Shown piece after piece: positions 9,875-19,004 of a stretch of 54,739 nucleotides of DNA (position 1 is the stretch's first letter; every line of letters begins with the position of its first letter). Origin of the DNA: Alphaproteobacteria bacterium (GTDB lineage Bacteria > Pseudomonadota > Alphaproteobacteria > GCA-2731375). Where the stretch lies: NCBI GenBank assembly GCA_028824965.1, contig JAPKBD010000001.1:1-54739 (forward strand), read 5' to 3'. The position numbers and the translations under genes are program-made. The notes beneath the pieces were generated by a model, which worked only from the letters and a program-made list of their open reading frames with translations, made no database searches and was not told the DNA's origin.

Positions 9875-11269
9875 TTAACTGGTTTCGGCCAAAAAATTCC
9901 GAATTTCGTCAACGAATACCGGCCAAGCAGGTTCATCTTCCAGGATCAGGTGATTGTCGCCTTCCAAGGCAACAAACCGGGCACCAGGGATCATGGCTGC
10001 CATACGCCGGCCCTCATTAAACGGTACAACACCATCATTTTTGCAATGCAGGACCAGGGTCGGAATATCGATCTGGGCCAGCAGTTCCGTCACATCGACA
10101 TTGTCATTGGCTTGGCGCAGTCGCACGGCATTCTCCGGCGACACAGAAATGCGTTGCATCTCGTTAAACCAGTCCCATTGCTCCGCCGTACCACCGGGCA
10201 CAAACGAGGACGTAAACATTTGCCGGAAAGCCGGATTGTCCTGGCCCCAACCGGTTTGTATCAAAGTACGCATGGCAATGGCTTGATCTTTTGACGTACT
10301 GGAGCCACGCTTCTCGCCACCACGGGCAAAACCGCCATAAAGGATCAGATGGCTGACCCGGCCGGGATTTCGGATGGCATAGGCGATCGAGATGGGGCAC
10401 CCCTGAGAGACGCCCAGTAATGGAAAGCGATCCAGTTTCGCCGCATCAACAACCGTGGCCAGATCGCCGACGAACGCATCGAACGAAATTTCTTCGACAT
10501 CCCAATCGGAGAGGCCATTCGCCCTTTGATCAAAGCGGACGAGGGTATGCTCCCGGCTCAACTCTTCCAAAGTATGACGCCAAATAGGGCTTTTCCAATC
10601 ATACTCCAGGTGGCTCATCCAATGGGGCGCCCTGACCAAGGACGGTCCGGAGCCGGTCGTGGCATAAGCGATACCGACGCCATCGGGTGCCGTGCAAAAA
10701 TGAATGATCTGGTCCAGGGGCACGGTTGGCGCGGCGGCACCCTCAACCTTGCCATCCCATTTCCAGCAACTTACCGGGCGCTCAATATTCTTGAGCTGCT
10801 GTTCGCCTATGTCCGTGAATTCAACGCCGACCCGGCCAACGACCTGGGCATGAACGCTATCGGATACAAGCAGACCACCCGCCGGTGCCTGACCCTCCAG
10901 CCGGGCCGCGATATTGACTCCATCGCCAAATATATCGCCGTCCTCGATCACGATATCGCCCAAATTGACGCCAATTCGAAATTCAATCACATGGTCCGCG
11001 TCATCGTTGCGTTCCGCCATGCGCCTTTGAAAAGCGATGGCGCAGGACACCGCATCAACCACCGAGGCGAATTCGGCCAATGCCCCATCGCCCATCATCT
11101 TGGCAATCCGGCCATTATGTTCTGCAATAGCCGGATTAAAATGTTCGCTCCAAATATCGCGCAGGGCCGCCAGGGTTCCGGCCTCATCCACGCCCATCAT
11201 CTTGCTATAGCCGACGACATCAGCTGCCAGCACCGCCGCCAATCGCCGCGTGACATCCGCGCCCGCCAT
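9875..11269 (-). CDS. Class III adenylate/guanylate cyclase domain fused to a C-terminal alpha/beta-hydrolase domain (464 aa)
   Basis: The N-terminal cyclase core has RLAAVLAADVVGYS, IAKMMGDGALAEF and GDGVNIAARLE. The C-terminal hydrolase fold has the nucleophile elbow GVSQG and a late GDNH histidine. Confidence 0.88.
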   Translation of the reverse strand: MAGADVTRRLAAVLAADVVGYSKMMGVDEAGTLAALRDIWSEHFNPAIAEHNGRIAKMMGDGALAEFASVVDAVSCAIAFQRRMAERNDDADHVIEFRIGVNLGDIVIEDGDIFGDGVNIAARLEGQAPAGGLLVSDSVHAQVVGRVGVEFTDIGEQQLKNIERPVSCWKWDGKVEGAAAPTVPLDQIIHFCTAPDGVGIAYATTGSGPSLVRAPHWMSHLEYDWKSPIWRHTLEELSREHTLVRFDQRANGLSDWDVEEISFDAFVGDLATVVDAAKLDRFPLLGVSQGCPISIAYAIRNPGRVSHLILYGGFARGGEKRGSSTSKDQAIAMRTLIQTGWGQDNPAFRQMFTSSFVPGGTAEQWDWFNEMQRISVSPENAVRLRQANDNVDVTELLAQIDIPTLVLHCKNDGVVPFNEGRRMAAMIPGARFVALEGDNHLILEDEPAWPVFVDEIRNFLAETS

Positions 11270-11475
11270 GTAACTCTCCCTGTATTATTCTGTCGACCAC
11301 CATATCCTAGCAACATGCGGGCCACTAGAGGACATCGGGGCGTGCGACGCGCTAGAGGCGGTGCTTTATGCAATCACAAATCAGGGCGCAATGGCTGATC
11401 AAAAGGTTGGAATATTTGTGCCCAGATCATGATATTTCCGCGCCGAATGGGATCATTGCCTGATAGTGTGCCGCC

Positions 11476-12996
11476 ATGACCATTGCCTCCCCCGGGGTCA
11501 CGACGGTACCGGCCTCCCACCGGTTTATCATTCTGGCCACCGTTTCATCCGCGACAATGCTGTACGCCATGGCGATTACCATCGCCAATGTTGTGCTGCC
11601 GCAAATGCGTGGCGCCCTTTCGGCCACGCCGGACCAGGTCGCATGGGTTATTACCTTTAATTTGGTGGCGACGGCGGTGATGACGCCGGTTTCAGGCTGG
11701 TTGTCCAACCGCTTTGGCCGGCGCAACGTCTTGTTGGTGGGGTGTGCCGGTTTTACGGTCGCCTCTGTCCTGTGCGGCTTGGCGGACAGTTTGGGGGCTT
11801 TGGTTTTCTATCGCGTCCTGCAAGGTGCCTTTGGTGCCCCCCTGGTGCCGGTTTCACAAACCATAATTCTGGATACCTTCCCCAAGGAACAACACAGCAT
11901 GGCCACGGCCCTTTGGGGCGTGGGTGTCGTGATGGGGCCGATCATCGGCCCAACCTTTGGCGGTTTCATCGCGGAAGAATATAGCTGGCGCTGGGTCTTT
12001 TTCATGATCGTGCCGTTTGGCATCATGACCTTTGTCGCCATTTCCATGTTTATCCAAAAACGCCCCGTGCGGCCGCCAAGCCCGCCTTTGGATTGGCTGG
12101 GATTTTTCGCCCTGGCGGCGGCGCTGGCATCCTTTCAGTTCATGTTTGACCGGGGACAGCGGAATTCCTGGTTCGACTCGCCGGAGACCATTATCGAGTG
12201 CACGGTCGGTTTTTTGGCCCTGTATATCTTTCTGGTGCATATCAGCACGGCGCAACGGCCCTTTATCAATCCACGGCTGTTTCTAAACCGAAACTATAGT
12301 CTGGGACTGTTTCTAGCCTTCCTGTTCGGCATGTTGAATTTCGTACCCCTGGTGTTGATGCCGTCCATGTTGCAGGACCTGCGCGGTTATCCGGATTCCA
12401 CCATCGGCATCCTGTTGGCGATCAGGGGGGCGGGAAATTTGCTATCGTTCCTGTTGGTCATCCGCCTGGCCCAATGGAATGCCAAACTCACTTTGGGTTT
12501 TGGTTTTATGTGTCAGGCGGTCTCGGGCTATGCCATTTCACAGTTCGACATCAACATGACCTACTTCGATGTGGCCTGGACCGGTGCCTTGCAGGGCCTG
12601 GGCATTGGTATGTCCTGGGTGCCCCTGACCCTGATTATGTTTTCCACAGTGAAGGCGGAGTTTCTGGACGATGCCTCGGCGATTTTTCACATGCTGCGAA
12701 ATTTCGCATCGTCGCTGTTTATTTCGATCTGCGTCGCCGTTGTGATCCGCTCCATCTACATCAACAGCGCAGAGCTGAGTGAGCCGTTGTCGGAATTTTC
12801 AAAGATGATGTCCTGGCCCTGGGTGACCGGCGCTATGGACCTGAACACAGTCGAGGGCCTCACCGCCGCCTCTGCCGAGGTAAGGCGCCAGGCGGCAATG
12901 ATCGGTTACATCAATGCCTTCCGCCTTTATGCGATCCTCGCCATCCTGCCCCTGCCGTTGATTTTTCTGGCCCGCATGCCAAAGAATAATACCTAG
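11476..12996 (+). CDS. MFS transporter, DHA2 (EmrB/QacA-like, 14-TMS) family
   Basis: 506 aa. Motifs ANVVLPQMRGAL, GWLSNRFGRRNVLLVG and an overall 14-helix hydrophobicity pattern. Confidence 0.88.
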   Translation: MTIASPGVTTVPASHRFIILATVSSATMLYAMAITIANVVLPQMRGALSATPDQVAWVITFNLVATAVMTPVSGWLSNRFGRRNVLLVGCAGFTVASVLCGLADSLGALVFYRVLQGAFGAPLVPVSQTIILDTFPKEQHSMATALWGVGVVMGPIIGPTFGGFIAEEYSWRWVFFMIVPFGIMTFVAISMFIQKRPVRPPSPPLDWLGFFALAAALASFQFMFDRGQRNSWFDSPETIIECTVGFLALYIFLVHISTAQRPFINPRLFLNRNYSLGLFLAFLFGMLNFVPLVLMPSMLQDLRGYPDSTIGILLAIRGAGNLLSFLLVIRLAQWNAKLTLGFGFMCQAVSGYAISQFDINMTYFDVAWTGALQGLGIGMSWVPLTLIMFSTVKAEFLDDASAIFHMLRNFASSLFISICVAVVIRSIYINSAELSEPLSEFSKMMSWPWVTGAMDLNTVEGLTAASAEVRRQAAMIGYINAFRLYAILAILPLPLIFLARMPKNNT

Positions 12997-13009
12997 AAAG
13001 AACAGCCCC

Positions 13010-14674
13010 ATGACCAAAGCGACGGACATTACAGTCTATACCGCCCGCACGGTACGCACGATGGAGCCGGCCCTACCGCTGGCCACGGCAGTGGCTGTAC
13101 GAGACGGCCAGATCATCGAAGTCGGCAGCCTGGAAACCATGCAGCCGTGGTTGGACGCCCACCCCCACCATATTTATGACCGGTTTAAGGATCACGTCAT
13201 CATGCCAGGCTTCATCGATCCCCACCTCCACCCCTCTATGGCGGCATTGTTGTTGCCCATGCATTTCACCACGGCCCTGGAATGGCATCTGCCCTGGCAG
13301 GATGTTCCAAGCACACGCGGACACAATGAATTCCTCGACCGCCTGAAAGAGATCGATCTGTCCATGGAGGACCCGGATGAGCCGCTATTCGCCTGGGGCC
13401 ATCATCCGATATGGCATGACGAAGTCTATCGCTCCACCCTGAACGGTATCTCCACCACCCGTCCCATCATTGTCTGGCATCGAGGCTTTCACACATTGGT
13501 TGTCAATGATGCAACAGTGGAATGGATGGGCATGGATGAGGCGGAGGGGGAGCGCCACCCCCAGGTCAACATGGCGGAGGGACGCTTTTTCGAAACCGGG
13601 CTGTCCCTGGCCTTTCGCTATTTCAACGCTTACACCCTGGCACCAAAGCGCTTTGCCGAGGGGTTGGAGCGGTTGCGTCAGGTGGTGCATTTTGGCGGCC
13701 ATACGACAATCGGCGATATGGCAGCGGGTATGTTCGACCTGGAAATGGAGTGGCCCGCCCTGGTCAAAGCGTTGGAGCGTGATGACACGCCGTTCAGGGT
13801 TCAGATGATCCCACCGGGCACACCCTTTTCGGGCGGTTCGAAAGAAGGCGTAGATCTGGTCGCCCGCGCGGTGGGCCTGCGGGAACGCAATACCCATCGT
13901 TTGCAGTTCTATGATCATGTGAAGCTGTTTGCCGACGGCGGTTTTTATGCCGGCTTGATGCAGCTGGGCCCCCCCGGTGCCATTGAAGAACACCACGGGG
14001 AGTGGATGACACCGCCCGAAACATTTGAGGCGGTGGCGCGAGCGTTCTGGAATGAAGGTTTCAAAATCCATGTCCATTGTTCCGGCGATCTGGGCATGGA
14101 GCTGGCCCTGGATACGTTGGAAAAACTGCAGTGGGAGCGGCCACGATTCGATCACCGTTTCACCATCGAACATTTTGGCGTTTCCACGCCGGAGCAAGTG
14201 CGCCGCATCGCGACTTTGGGGGCCTGCGCCTCGGTCAATATCTATTACGTGCACGAACTCGGCGATGCCTATTGGAAGAACAAGCTGGGCCACGAGCGGG
14301 CCTCGCAAATGTCCCGTCTAGGCACCTTGGCGCGCCATAATGTGCCCACCGCCCTGCATACGGATTTCACCATGGCGCCTGCATTGCCCCTGAACAGCGC
14401 CTGGGTTGCGGTCAATCGGATCAGCGAGGCGGGCCATGTTATGGGGCCTGAAGAGTGCCTGACCCTGGATCAGGCCATGCGTGCCATCACAATTGATGCA
14501 GCCTATATCCTGGGACTGGAGAATGAGATCGGCACGATCCGGGCCGGCAAAAAGGCCGACTTCACAATTCTGGAACAAGACCCCTATGAAGTGGGGGGCG
14601 AGAATTTGCGGGAGATCCCCATCTGGGGCACGGTGTTTGAAGGACGCCCCTTTCCCATCAAACGCAAAAAATGA
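13010..14674 (+). CDS. Metal-dependent amidohydrolase (Amidohydro_3 / YtcJ-like), 554 aa
   Basis: N-terminal beta-sandwich (AVAVRDGQIIEVGS), the HxH metal motif in PGFIDPHLHP, and downstream H/D ligands (HVHCSGD, ALHTDF). Confidence 0.85.
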   Translation: MTKATDITVYTARTVRTMEPALPLATAVAVRDGQIIEVGSLETMQPWLDAHPHHIYDRFKDHVIMPGFIDPHLHPSMAALLLPMHFTTALEWHLPWQDVPSTRGHNEFLDRLKEIDLSMEDPDEPLFAWGHHPIWHDEVYRSTLNGISTTRPIIVWHRGFHTLVVNDATVEWMGMDEAEGERHPQVNMAEGRFFETGLSLAFRYFNAYTLAPKRFAEGLERLRQVVHFGGHTTIGDMAAGMFDLEMEWPALVKALERDDTPFRVQMIPPGTPFSGGSKEGVDLVARAVGLRERNTHRLQFYDHVKLFADGGFYAGLMQLGPPGAIEEHHGEWMTPPETFEAVARAFWNEGFKIHVHCSGDLGMELALDTLEKLQWERPRFDHRFTIEHFGVSTPEQVRRIATLGACASVNIYYVHELGDAYWKNKLGHERASQMSRLGTLARHNVPTALHTDFTMAPALPLNSAWVAVNRISEAGHVMGPEECLTLDQAMRAITIDAAYILGLENEIGTIRAGKKADFTILEQDPYEVGGENLREIPIWGTVFEGRPFPIKRKK

Positions 14675-15621
14675 CCGCCATGAATGACCTGGGACTGATG
14701 ATACCGGTCACGGTCATAGGCGGCTATTTGGGTGCCGGGAAAACCACCCTGATCAATAGCCTCCTGGCAGGAGACCATGGCCGCCGTCTGGCGGTACTCG
14801 TCAATGATTTTGGTGAGATCAATATTGATGCCGGCCTGATCACTGCCCACGACGGCGACACGATCAGTCTGTCCAACGGCTGTGTCTGTTGCACCATCGC
14901 GGATGCCTTGGGTACTGCCCTGGACAAGGTTCTTGGCCTGACACCACCGCCCGATCATATCGTGATAGAGGCCAGCGGCGTGGCCAATCCGGCCAAGATT
15001 GCCATGTACGGTCAGGGCTGGCCGGGCCTGCGCCTGGATGGGATCATCACCGTGGTGGATGGGGATAGCGTACAAGCACGCTCCACGGATAAATTCGTGG
15101 GCACCACCGTTATGCAGCAATTGGCGGCCGCTGAATTATTAATCCTGAACAAAGTGGATTTACTGTCTGATCAACAACGTGATGATACGCGGCAATGGCT
15201 GGAACAAAACGCGCCCCAGGCCCGTATCATCGAAACCTCAAAGGGGCGACTACCGACGGAGGTTCTGTTGGGTCAGCATTCGAACGGCAAACCGATAGCG
15301 GATGGAACCGCGCAGCATGGCAACTTCGAAGCTTTTACATTCCGCGCCGAACGCCCCCTAGACCGGGCACGTCTGTTGGCTTTGATCGCAGCCTGGCCAG
15401 CGGGCGTCCTGCGCGCCAAGGGTTTGGTCTTTCTGGGGGACGACCCAGACCAACGCTATATCCTGCAACTGGTCGGCAAGCGGATTACCTTGGATCGGGA
15501 CGCGACCGGGGACATGACTTGGACGACTTCACCACCCAAATCTCAAATTGTTGTGATCGGTGCGGGGCTGGACATGGCGCCTGATTGGTTGGAAACATCC
15601 CTTGCAACGGCCTGCTTGTGA
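14671..15621 (+). CDS. COG0523/CobW-family G3E GTPase (putative metallochaperone)
   Basis: Walker A GGYLGAGKTTLIN, the diagnostic CxCC motif GCVCCT, and a CobW_C domain. The start overlaps the upstream stop (ATGA at 14671-14674). Confidence 0.9.
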   Translation: MTAMNDLGLMIPVTVIGGYLGAGKTTLINSLLAGDHGRRLAVLVNDFGEINIDAGLITAHDGDTISLSNGCVCCTIADALGTALDKVLGLTPPPDHIVIEASGVANPAKIAMYGQGWPGLRLDGIITVVDGDSVQARSTDKFVGTTVMQQLAAAELLILNKVDLLSDQQRDDTRQWLEQNAPQARIIETSKGRLPTEVLLGQHSNGKPIADGTAQHGNFEAFTFRAERPLDRARLLALIAAWPAGVLRAKGLVFLGDDPDQRYILQLVGKRITLDRDATGDMTWTTSPPKSQIVVIGAGLDMAPDWLETSLATACL

Positions 15622-15690
15622 TCTGGCCGGTTTACATTATGTAGACACCAGCACGCACCACGACCACAACAACAAACACGGAGGCATATA

Positions 15691-16350
15691 ATGTCACTCA
15701 GAATTAACGACGAGGCACCAAATTTCACCGCCGAAACCACGGATGGGTCCATCACTTTTCATGATTGGATTGGCGAGGGCTGGGCCATGTTGTTTTCCCA
15801 CCCGAAAGATTTCACCCCTGTCTGCACCACGGAATTGGGTTACATGGCGGGCCTGAAGCCGGAATTTGATCGGCGCAATTGCAAGATCATCGGCCTGTCC
15901 GTCGATCCCGTAGACAATCACGCGGCCTGGGCCGAAGACATCAAGGATGTATCTGGCCATGCGGTGACCTATCCCATGATCGGCGATACGGATCTGGCGG
16001 TGGCAAAGCTGTATGAGATGCTACCCGCTGATGAAGCCGGTTCATCTGACGGCCGCACGGCGGTGAACAACGCCACCGTGCGCACAGTCTTTCTGATCGG
16101 CCCGGACAAAAAGATTAAGCTGTCCCTGACCTATCCCATGAGCACGGGGCGTAATTTTGATGAAGTATTACGCGTCCTGGATTCCTGTCAGCTGACCGCC
16201 AATCACAAGGTCGCAACGCCTGTGAATTGGGCCAAGGGTGACGATGTCATCATCGTGCCGGCAATTTCGGACGAAGATGCAAAAGCCAAATATCCCGACG
16301 GCTGGAAAGCGCCGAAGCCATACCTGCGCTTCGTCCCGGATCCCAGCTAG
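15691..16350 (+). CDS. Peroxiredoxin, 1-Cys (Prx6-like) type
   Basis: LFSHPKDFTPVCTTELG peroxidatic-Cys motif, 219 aa. A strong GGAGG SD lies upstream. Confidence 0.92.
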   Translation: MSLRINDEAPNFTAETTDGSITFHDWIGEGWAMLFSHPKDFTPVCTTELGYMAGLKPEFDRRNCKIIGLSVDPVDNHAAWAEDIKDVSGHAVTYPMIGDTDLAVAKLYEMLPADEAGSSDGRTAVNNATVRTVFLIGPDKKIKLSLTYPMSTGRNFDEVLRVLDSCQLTANHKVATPVNWAKGDDVIIVPAISDEDAKAKYPDGWKAPKPYLRFVPDPS

Positions 16351-16450
16351 GTCTTTATCGCTCACGCTGGCGCGCAAAAAGCGCTCCGCTACGCGAGTGC
16401 GGCGCATGAGTGCCGGGCCGCCGTCGCGGCCTTGATAGCGTAAATAGATT

Positions 16451-16493
16451 TCGGGCCCGCCGCTTTATTGCGCCGGGCCCGATTGCTTTTGCG
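16451..16493 (+). terminator. Putative intrinsic terminator after the peroxiredoxin gene
   Basis: TCGGGCCCG (16451-16459) pairs perfectly with CGGGCCCGA (16474-16482) and is followed by TTGCTTTTGCG. A smaller hairpin GGCCGC-cgtc-GCGGCC sits at 16416-16431. Confidence 0.55.
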
Positions 16494-16509
16494 ACAGAGC
16501 AAATTAGTT

Positions 16510-17622
16510 CTACATACGATTTTCCCGGCGGATGGTTGTGCGTTCTTTCTCAGCTTCTAAATAAAACAGTTCCGTCTCGCCGAAACCTTTAATGGGATAG
16601 GTGCCGCGCTCTTCCATAACAAAATCATCGCGGAGCAGATTATGGGTCTCTGCCGAAACAGTGATCCGCATGGATTCTGACATGCATTCCATACGTGCTG
16701 CCAGGTTCACGCCGGGGCCAAAAATGTCATAGACATATTTTTGAATACCGACGATGGAGCCGATAACAGGGCCCGTCGCGATACCAATGCGGCAGTTCCA
16801 AGTCCGGGTATGGGCGGCATTGCGCCGGTCCAGATAGCGACGCAGCCGCAAGGCAACGCGGGCCATATCGGCGGCATGGTCTGGCGCAGATTCGGGCAAA
16901 CCCGCAACACACATATAACCATCGCCCATGGTCTTGATCCGCTCACAGCCAAACATTTCAACAATCCGGTCGAAGGCCGAGAAGATGTCGTTCAATTCGG
17001 CAACCAGTTCCCCAGGCTCCCGGCTGATAGCCATTTCCGTGAAGTCGACGAAATCCAACAACAAAATCGTGGCGTTATCATAACGTTGCGGCGTTACGGT
17101 GCCATATTCTTTCATTTCTTCGTAGACGGATCGCGGCATGATGTTCAGCAGCAGGCGTTCCACCCGGTCCTTTTCCTTTTGCAGTTCCCGCGTATTGCGT
17201 TCGGAAACTTCCGAATAGGATTCCAACATGAACTCCGCCCGTTTCTGCGCTGTCATATCCCGGCATTCAACCACGGCGTATTCTTCGCCACCCTCAAAGG
17301 CACGCATGGTGATCTCTAAGAAGGTGGAGCGCGCGCCTTCGCGCACTTCGAAATCCTGACGGTAGGAACGGTTGCTCTTAATGCGATCCCGGGCCCGGTC
17401 GGCGCGAAAGTTACTTAACCGGCTATCCAACGGGCCATCCGCGTCACCATTCGGTGGGCACCATTGAAAGAAGCGGCCATTCTCAAAGACAATGCGCCAG
17501 TCAGACACGGAAACCACGGCAACGCCTGTTTCCAGATCTCGCAACAGATCGCCGAGCCTTTCTTCAGGAAAGGCGTCAGGTACCCTGCGCCCCCACCGCC
17601 CCGGTGATCTGGGCAAAGTCAT
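16510..17622 (-). CDS. PAS-like sensor domain fused to a class III adenylate/guanylate cyclase (370 aa)
   Basis: The C-terminal cyclase core has ATILLLDFVDFT, IKTMGDGYMCVAG and GPGVNLAARME. The N-terminal ~130 aa has PAS-like topology, followed by a coiled-coil linker. Confidence 0.88.
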   Translation of the reverse strand: MTLPRSPGRWGRRVPDAFPEERLGDLLRDLETGVAVVSVSDWRIVFENGRFFQWCPPNGDADGPLDSRLSNFRADRARDRIKSNRSYRQDFEVREGARSTFLEITMRAFEGGEEYAVVECRDMTAQKRAEFMLESYSEVSERNTRELQKEKDRVERLLLNIMPRSVYEEMKEYGTVTPQRYDNATILLLDFVDFTEMAISREPGELVAELNDIFSAFDRIVEMFGCERIKTMGDGYMCVAGLPESAPDHAADMARVALRLRRYLDRRNAAHTRTWNCRIGIATGPVIGSIVGIQKYVYDIFGPGVNLAARMECMSESMRITVSAETHNLLRDDFVMEERGTYPIKGFGETELFYLEAEKERTTIRRENRM

Positions 17623-18052
17623 CGCCCTGCACGGCAGTCTGTACCCTGAAATGTTCGGCTGGGATCATACGTTTGAGGCATTGGTCGCGACCATTGCAGC
17701 TGATTTCATCACCAATTTTGATCCCGATTGGGACTGTAGCTGGATTGCAGAAGTCGATGGCGTCTTTGCCGGTTCCGCCTTTGTCGTGAAGGTGGACGCA
17801 AAGGTGTCCAAGTTGCGGCTGATAATCCTGGATCAAAATGCCCAGGGCCTAGGCATCGGCCGGGCCTTGTTGAACGCCTGCATCCATTTCGCACAATCCA
17901 AGGGTTATAAGAAAATGACCCTGTGGACCAACGATGTACAAAAAGCCGCCCGCGCCCTGTATGCTACCGGTGGCTTCACCTTGGTGCATGAGGAACCGGG
18001 ACATGATTTCGGCGTCGACCTGGTGGCGGAAACCTGGGAACGGCCCCTGTGA
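17492..18052 (+). CDS. GNAT-family N-acetyltransferase (start uncertain)
   Basis: The acetyl-CoA site is QNAQGLGIGRALL. The core begins at LRPHRPGDLGKVIALHG (~17585). ATG 17492 is the only canonical start upstream of the core, and it overlaps the divergent cyclase 5' end by 131 nt. Confidence 0.7.
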   Translation: MRQSDTETTATPVSRSRNRSPSLSSGKASGTLRPHRPGDLGKVIALHGSLYPEMFGWDHTFEALVATIAADFITNFDPDWDCSWIAEVDGVFAGSAFVVKVDAKVSKLRLIILDQNAQGLGIGRALLNACIHFAQSKGYKKMTLWTNDVQKAARALYATGGFTLVHEEPGHDFGVDLVAETWERPL

Positions 18053-18065
18053 GCGGAGCAAAAGG

Positions 18066-18974
18066 TTGAGCCGGGAAGGCCTAAGTCGGGAAAATGGGCT
18101 GGCAATTATTGCCGGGATCGTCATGGGCGTTCTGGTCGGCGCGGCGATTGTCGTCACCCGCTATGTCATCGGGCAAAGCGATCCGGCCTCCCTTGCGTTG
18201 CTACGCTATTCATTCGGTTCTTTGGGTTTGGTTTTACCGGTCCTGTTGATCCGCCGTGTCACCTTTGCGCGCCGGGACCTGCTACCGATAGCGTTATTGG
18301 GGATCGGGCAGTTCGGCATATTGATCGCCCTGCTGAATTATGGCCTGCAGTTCATCGGCTCCGGCCTCGGCGCCCTGTTGTTTGCCACTTTTCCCGTAAT
18401 GACCATGGTCCTGGCCGCCGCCCTGCGCCTGGAAGCGTTGACCCTTCCGAAGTTTGCCGGCGTTCTACTGACCGTCGCCGGTGTTGGCCTGGCAGTATCC
18501 GACGACACCGTATTGCCGGACTTCAGTCAGGATAACATTTTCGGCGTCGTCGCCATTTTGGCCTCGGCCCTGGCCGGGGCGGTCTGCTCCGTGTTCTATC
18601 GACCCTATCTGCAAAAATATCCCCCCCTACAAGTCAGCCTGTTTGCCATGTTCGCATCCGTCGCCTTTCTGATCGTTCCCGCCGCCCATGAAGGGTTTTT
18701 CGCGACCCTGCCCAGTTTCACACCTGGGGGTTGGGCTGCCGTTCTATTCCTTGGGTTCTGTTCCAGCCTGGGCTATTACGCCTGGCTGTTCGCCTTGAAG
18801 CACGCAACGCCAACCCGTGTCGCCATGTTCCTGGCCTTAGGCCCCATTACCGCCGCCGCCCTTGGTGCGATACTGTTGGATGAACCACTGACAATGCTTT
18901 TTCTGGGCGGACTGGCCGCCGTGATCACAGGATTGTGGGTCGCGCACATTCCTTATGGGACTGGGCGGGCCTAA
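18066..18974 (+). CDS. EamA/DMT-family transporter
   Basis: Ten predicted TM helices and two EamA repeats. TTG 18066 (AAAGG upstream) or ATG 18123 are the plausible starts. The tracked start at 17934 overlaps the GNAT gene. Confidence 0.8.
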   Translation: MSREGLSRENGLAIIAGIVMGVLVGAAIVVTRYVIGQSDPASLALLRYSFGSLGLVLPVLLIRRVTFARRDLLPIALLGIGQFGILIALLNYGLQFIGSGLGALLFATFPVMTMVLAAALRLEALTLPKFAGVLLTVAGVGLAVSDDTVLPDFSQDNIFGVVAILASALAGAVCSVFYRPYLQKYPPLQVSLFAMFASVAFLIVPAAHEGFFATLPSFTPGGWAAVLFLGFCSSLGYYAWLFALKHATPTRVAMFLALGPITAAALGAILLDEPLTMLFLGGLAAVITGLWVAHIPYGTGRA

Positions 18975-19004
18975 ATCGACCTGCTAGACTCCTCCGCTAT
19001 CGTA

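Noticed and set aside
15633-15643. The palindrome TACAT-T-ATGTA upstream of the peroxiredoxin gene as a Fur/PerR/Zur-type operator.
   Set aside because: It is only 5+5 bp, does not match any consensus I can recall with confidence, and lies downstream rather than upstream of the COG0523 gene. It is too weak to call.
9875-17622. Reading the two nucleotide cyclases as a Pycsar/CBASS-type anti-phage signalling system.
   Set aside because: Both are ordinary class III CHD cyclases with sensor or hydrolase fusions. There is no adjacent effector (TIR, TM pore, nuclease, patatin). The surrounding genes are housekeeping or metabolic.
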